Source of the DNA: a virus
Lineage: Duplodnaviria > Heunggongvirae > Uroviricota > Caudoviricetes
Direction: 5' to 3' (one strand)
DNA: 5,268 nucleotides
Virus record (IMG/VR): IMGVR_UViG_2541047928_000011
The notes under the pieces are model-generated. The model saw only the letters and a program-made list of their open reading frames with translations, ran no database searches and was not told where the DNA came from. Shown piece by piece: positions 5,002 to 5,268 of the stretch. Position 1 is the first letter of the stretch; each line of letters opens with the position of its first letter. A program made the position numbers and the translations under genes.

Positions 5002-5268
5002 ATGCTGCCGCAGCATAGCGATATTGAAATAGCCTGGTATGCTTCGATACAGCAGGAGCCGAATGGCTGGAAGACCGTCACCACACAGTTCTACATCCAG
5101 GAATTCAGTGAGTATATTGCGCCACTGCAGGATGCTGTAGATCTGGAAATCGCAACGGAGGAAGAAAGATCGTTGCTGGAGGCATGGAATAAATATCGGG
5201 TATTGTTGAATCGTGTTGATACATCAACTGCACCTGATATTGAGTGGCCGACTTCACCTGCAGAGTAA
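5002..5268 (+). CDS. Small Tfa-like protein (88 aa) carrying only the conserved C-terminal Tfa domain (tail fibre assembly family)
   Basis: RBS AAGGGG (4992-4997) before ATG 5002; stop TAA 5266-5268 at the window end. The C-terminal ~50 aa ([47 protein letters not shown]) match the recalled lambda Tfa C-terminus; the N-terminal ~36 aa are unrelated and far shorter than a full Tfa N-domain. Confidence 0.7.
   Translation: MLPQHSDIEIAWYASIQQEPNGWKTVTTQFYIQEFSEYIAPLQDAVDLEIATEEERSLLEAWNKYRVLLNRVDTSTAPDIEWPTSPAE
5173..5249 (+). repeat. Direct repeat copy B (tfa 3'-end sequence), partner at 4124-4200
   Basis: See copy A: same orientation, 1049 bp apart, 38-bp identical core 5212-5249. Confidence 0.85.

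Noticed and set aside
4124-5249. Invertible tail-fibre segment (Gin/Cin/Pin-type host-range switch)
   Set aside because: The repeats are in direct, not inverted, orientation. No serine-invertase gene and no second oppositely oriented fibre-tip gene are present in the window.
1-5268. tRNA, rRNA, CRISPR arrays, integrase or transposase, att sites
   Set aside because: No cloverleaf-capable conserved tRNA motifs, no rRNA-like sequence, no regularly spaced short repeats, and no recombinase-like ORF were seen. The only repeats are the stf heptad array and the tfa-derived direct repeats.

Overview
This window reads as the tail-fibre end of the late operon of a lambda-like (lambdoid) phage or prophage, followed by an accessory region. 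All calls rest on reading the sequence and on recalled protein families; no database search or computation was possible. In order on the + strand: the 3' end of the central tail fibre gene J (1-708), an intrinsic terminator, the outer-membrane moron lom (776-1375), a second intrinsic terminator, and a side tail fibre gene stf (1440-3506). The stf gene looks mosaic: a lambda-like N-terminus and a 21-bp/heptad repeat shaft, then an AT-richer, unrelated distal half ending in a LamG/concanavalin-like signature. Where lambda has tfa, there are instead two small unrecognised genes: a 92-aa acidic protein translationally coupled to stf (3503-3781) and a 97-aa membrane protein (3791-4084). A roughly 40-codon 3' stub of a lambda-type tfa follows (4094-4222). 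Downstream, an AT-rich, intact class I SAM-dependent methyltransferase-like gene sits on the minus strand (4277-4933) with a near-consensus sigma70 promoter, then an 88-aa ORF carrying only the conserved Tfa C-terminal domain (5002-5268). The methyltransferase cassette is bracketed by 77-bp direct repeats of the tfa 3' end with a 38-bp identical core. The most interesting candidates for an undescribed function are the stf-coupled two-gene module and the methyltransferase cassette. No tRNA, rRNA, CRISPR array, integrase or transposase is evident.
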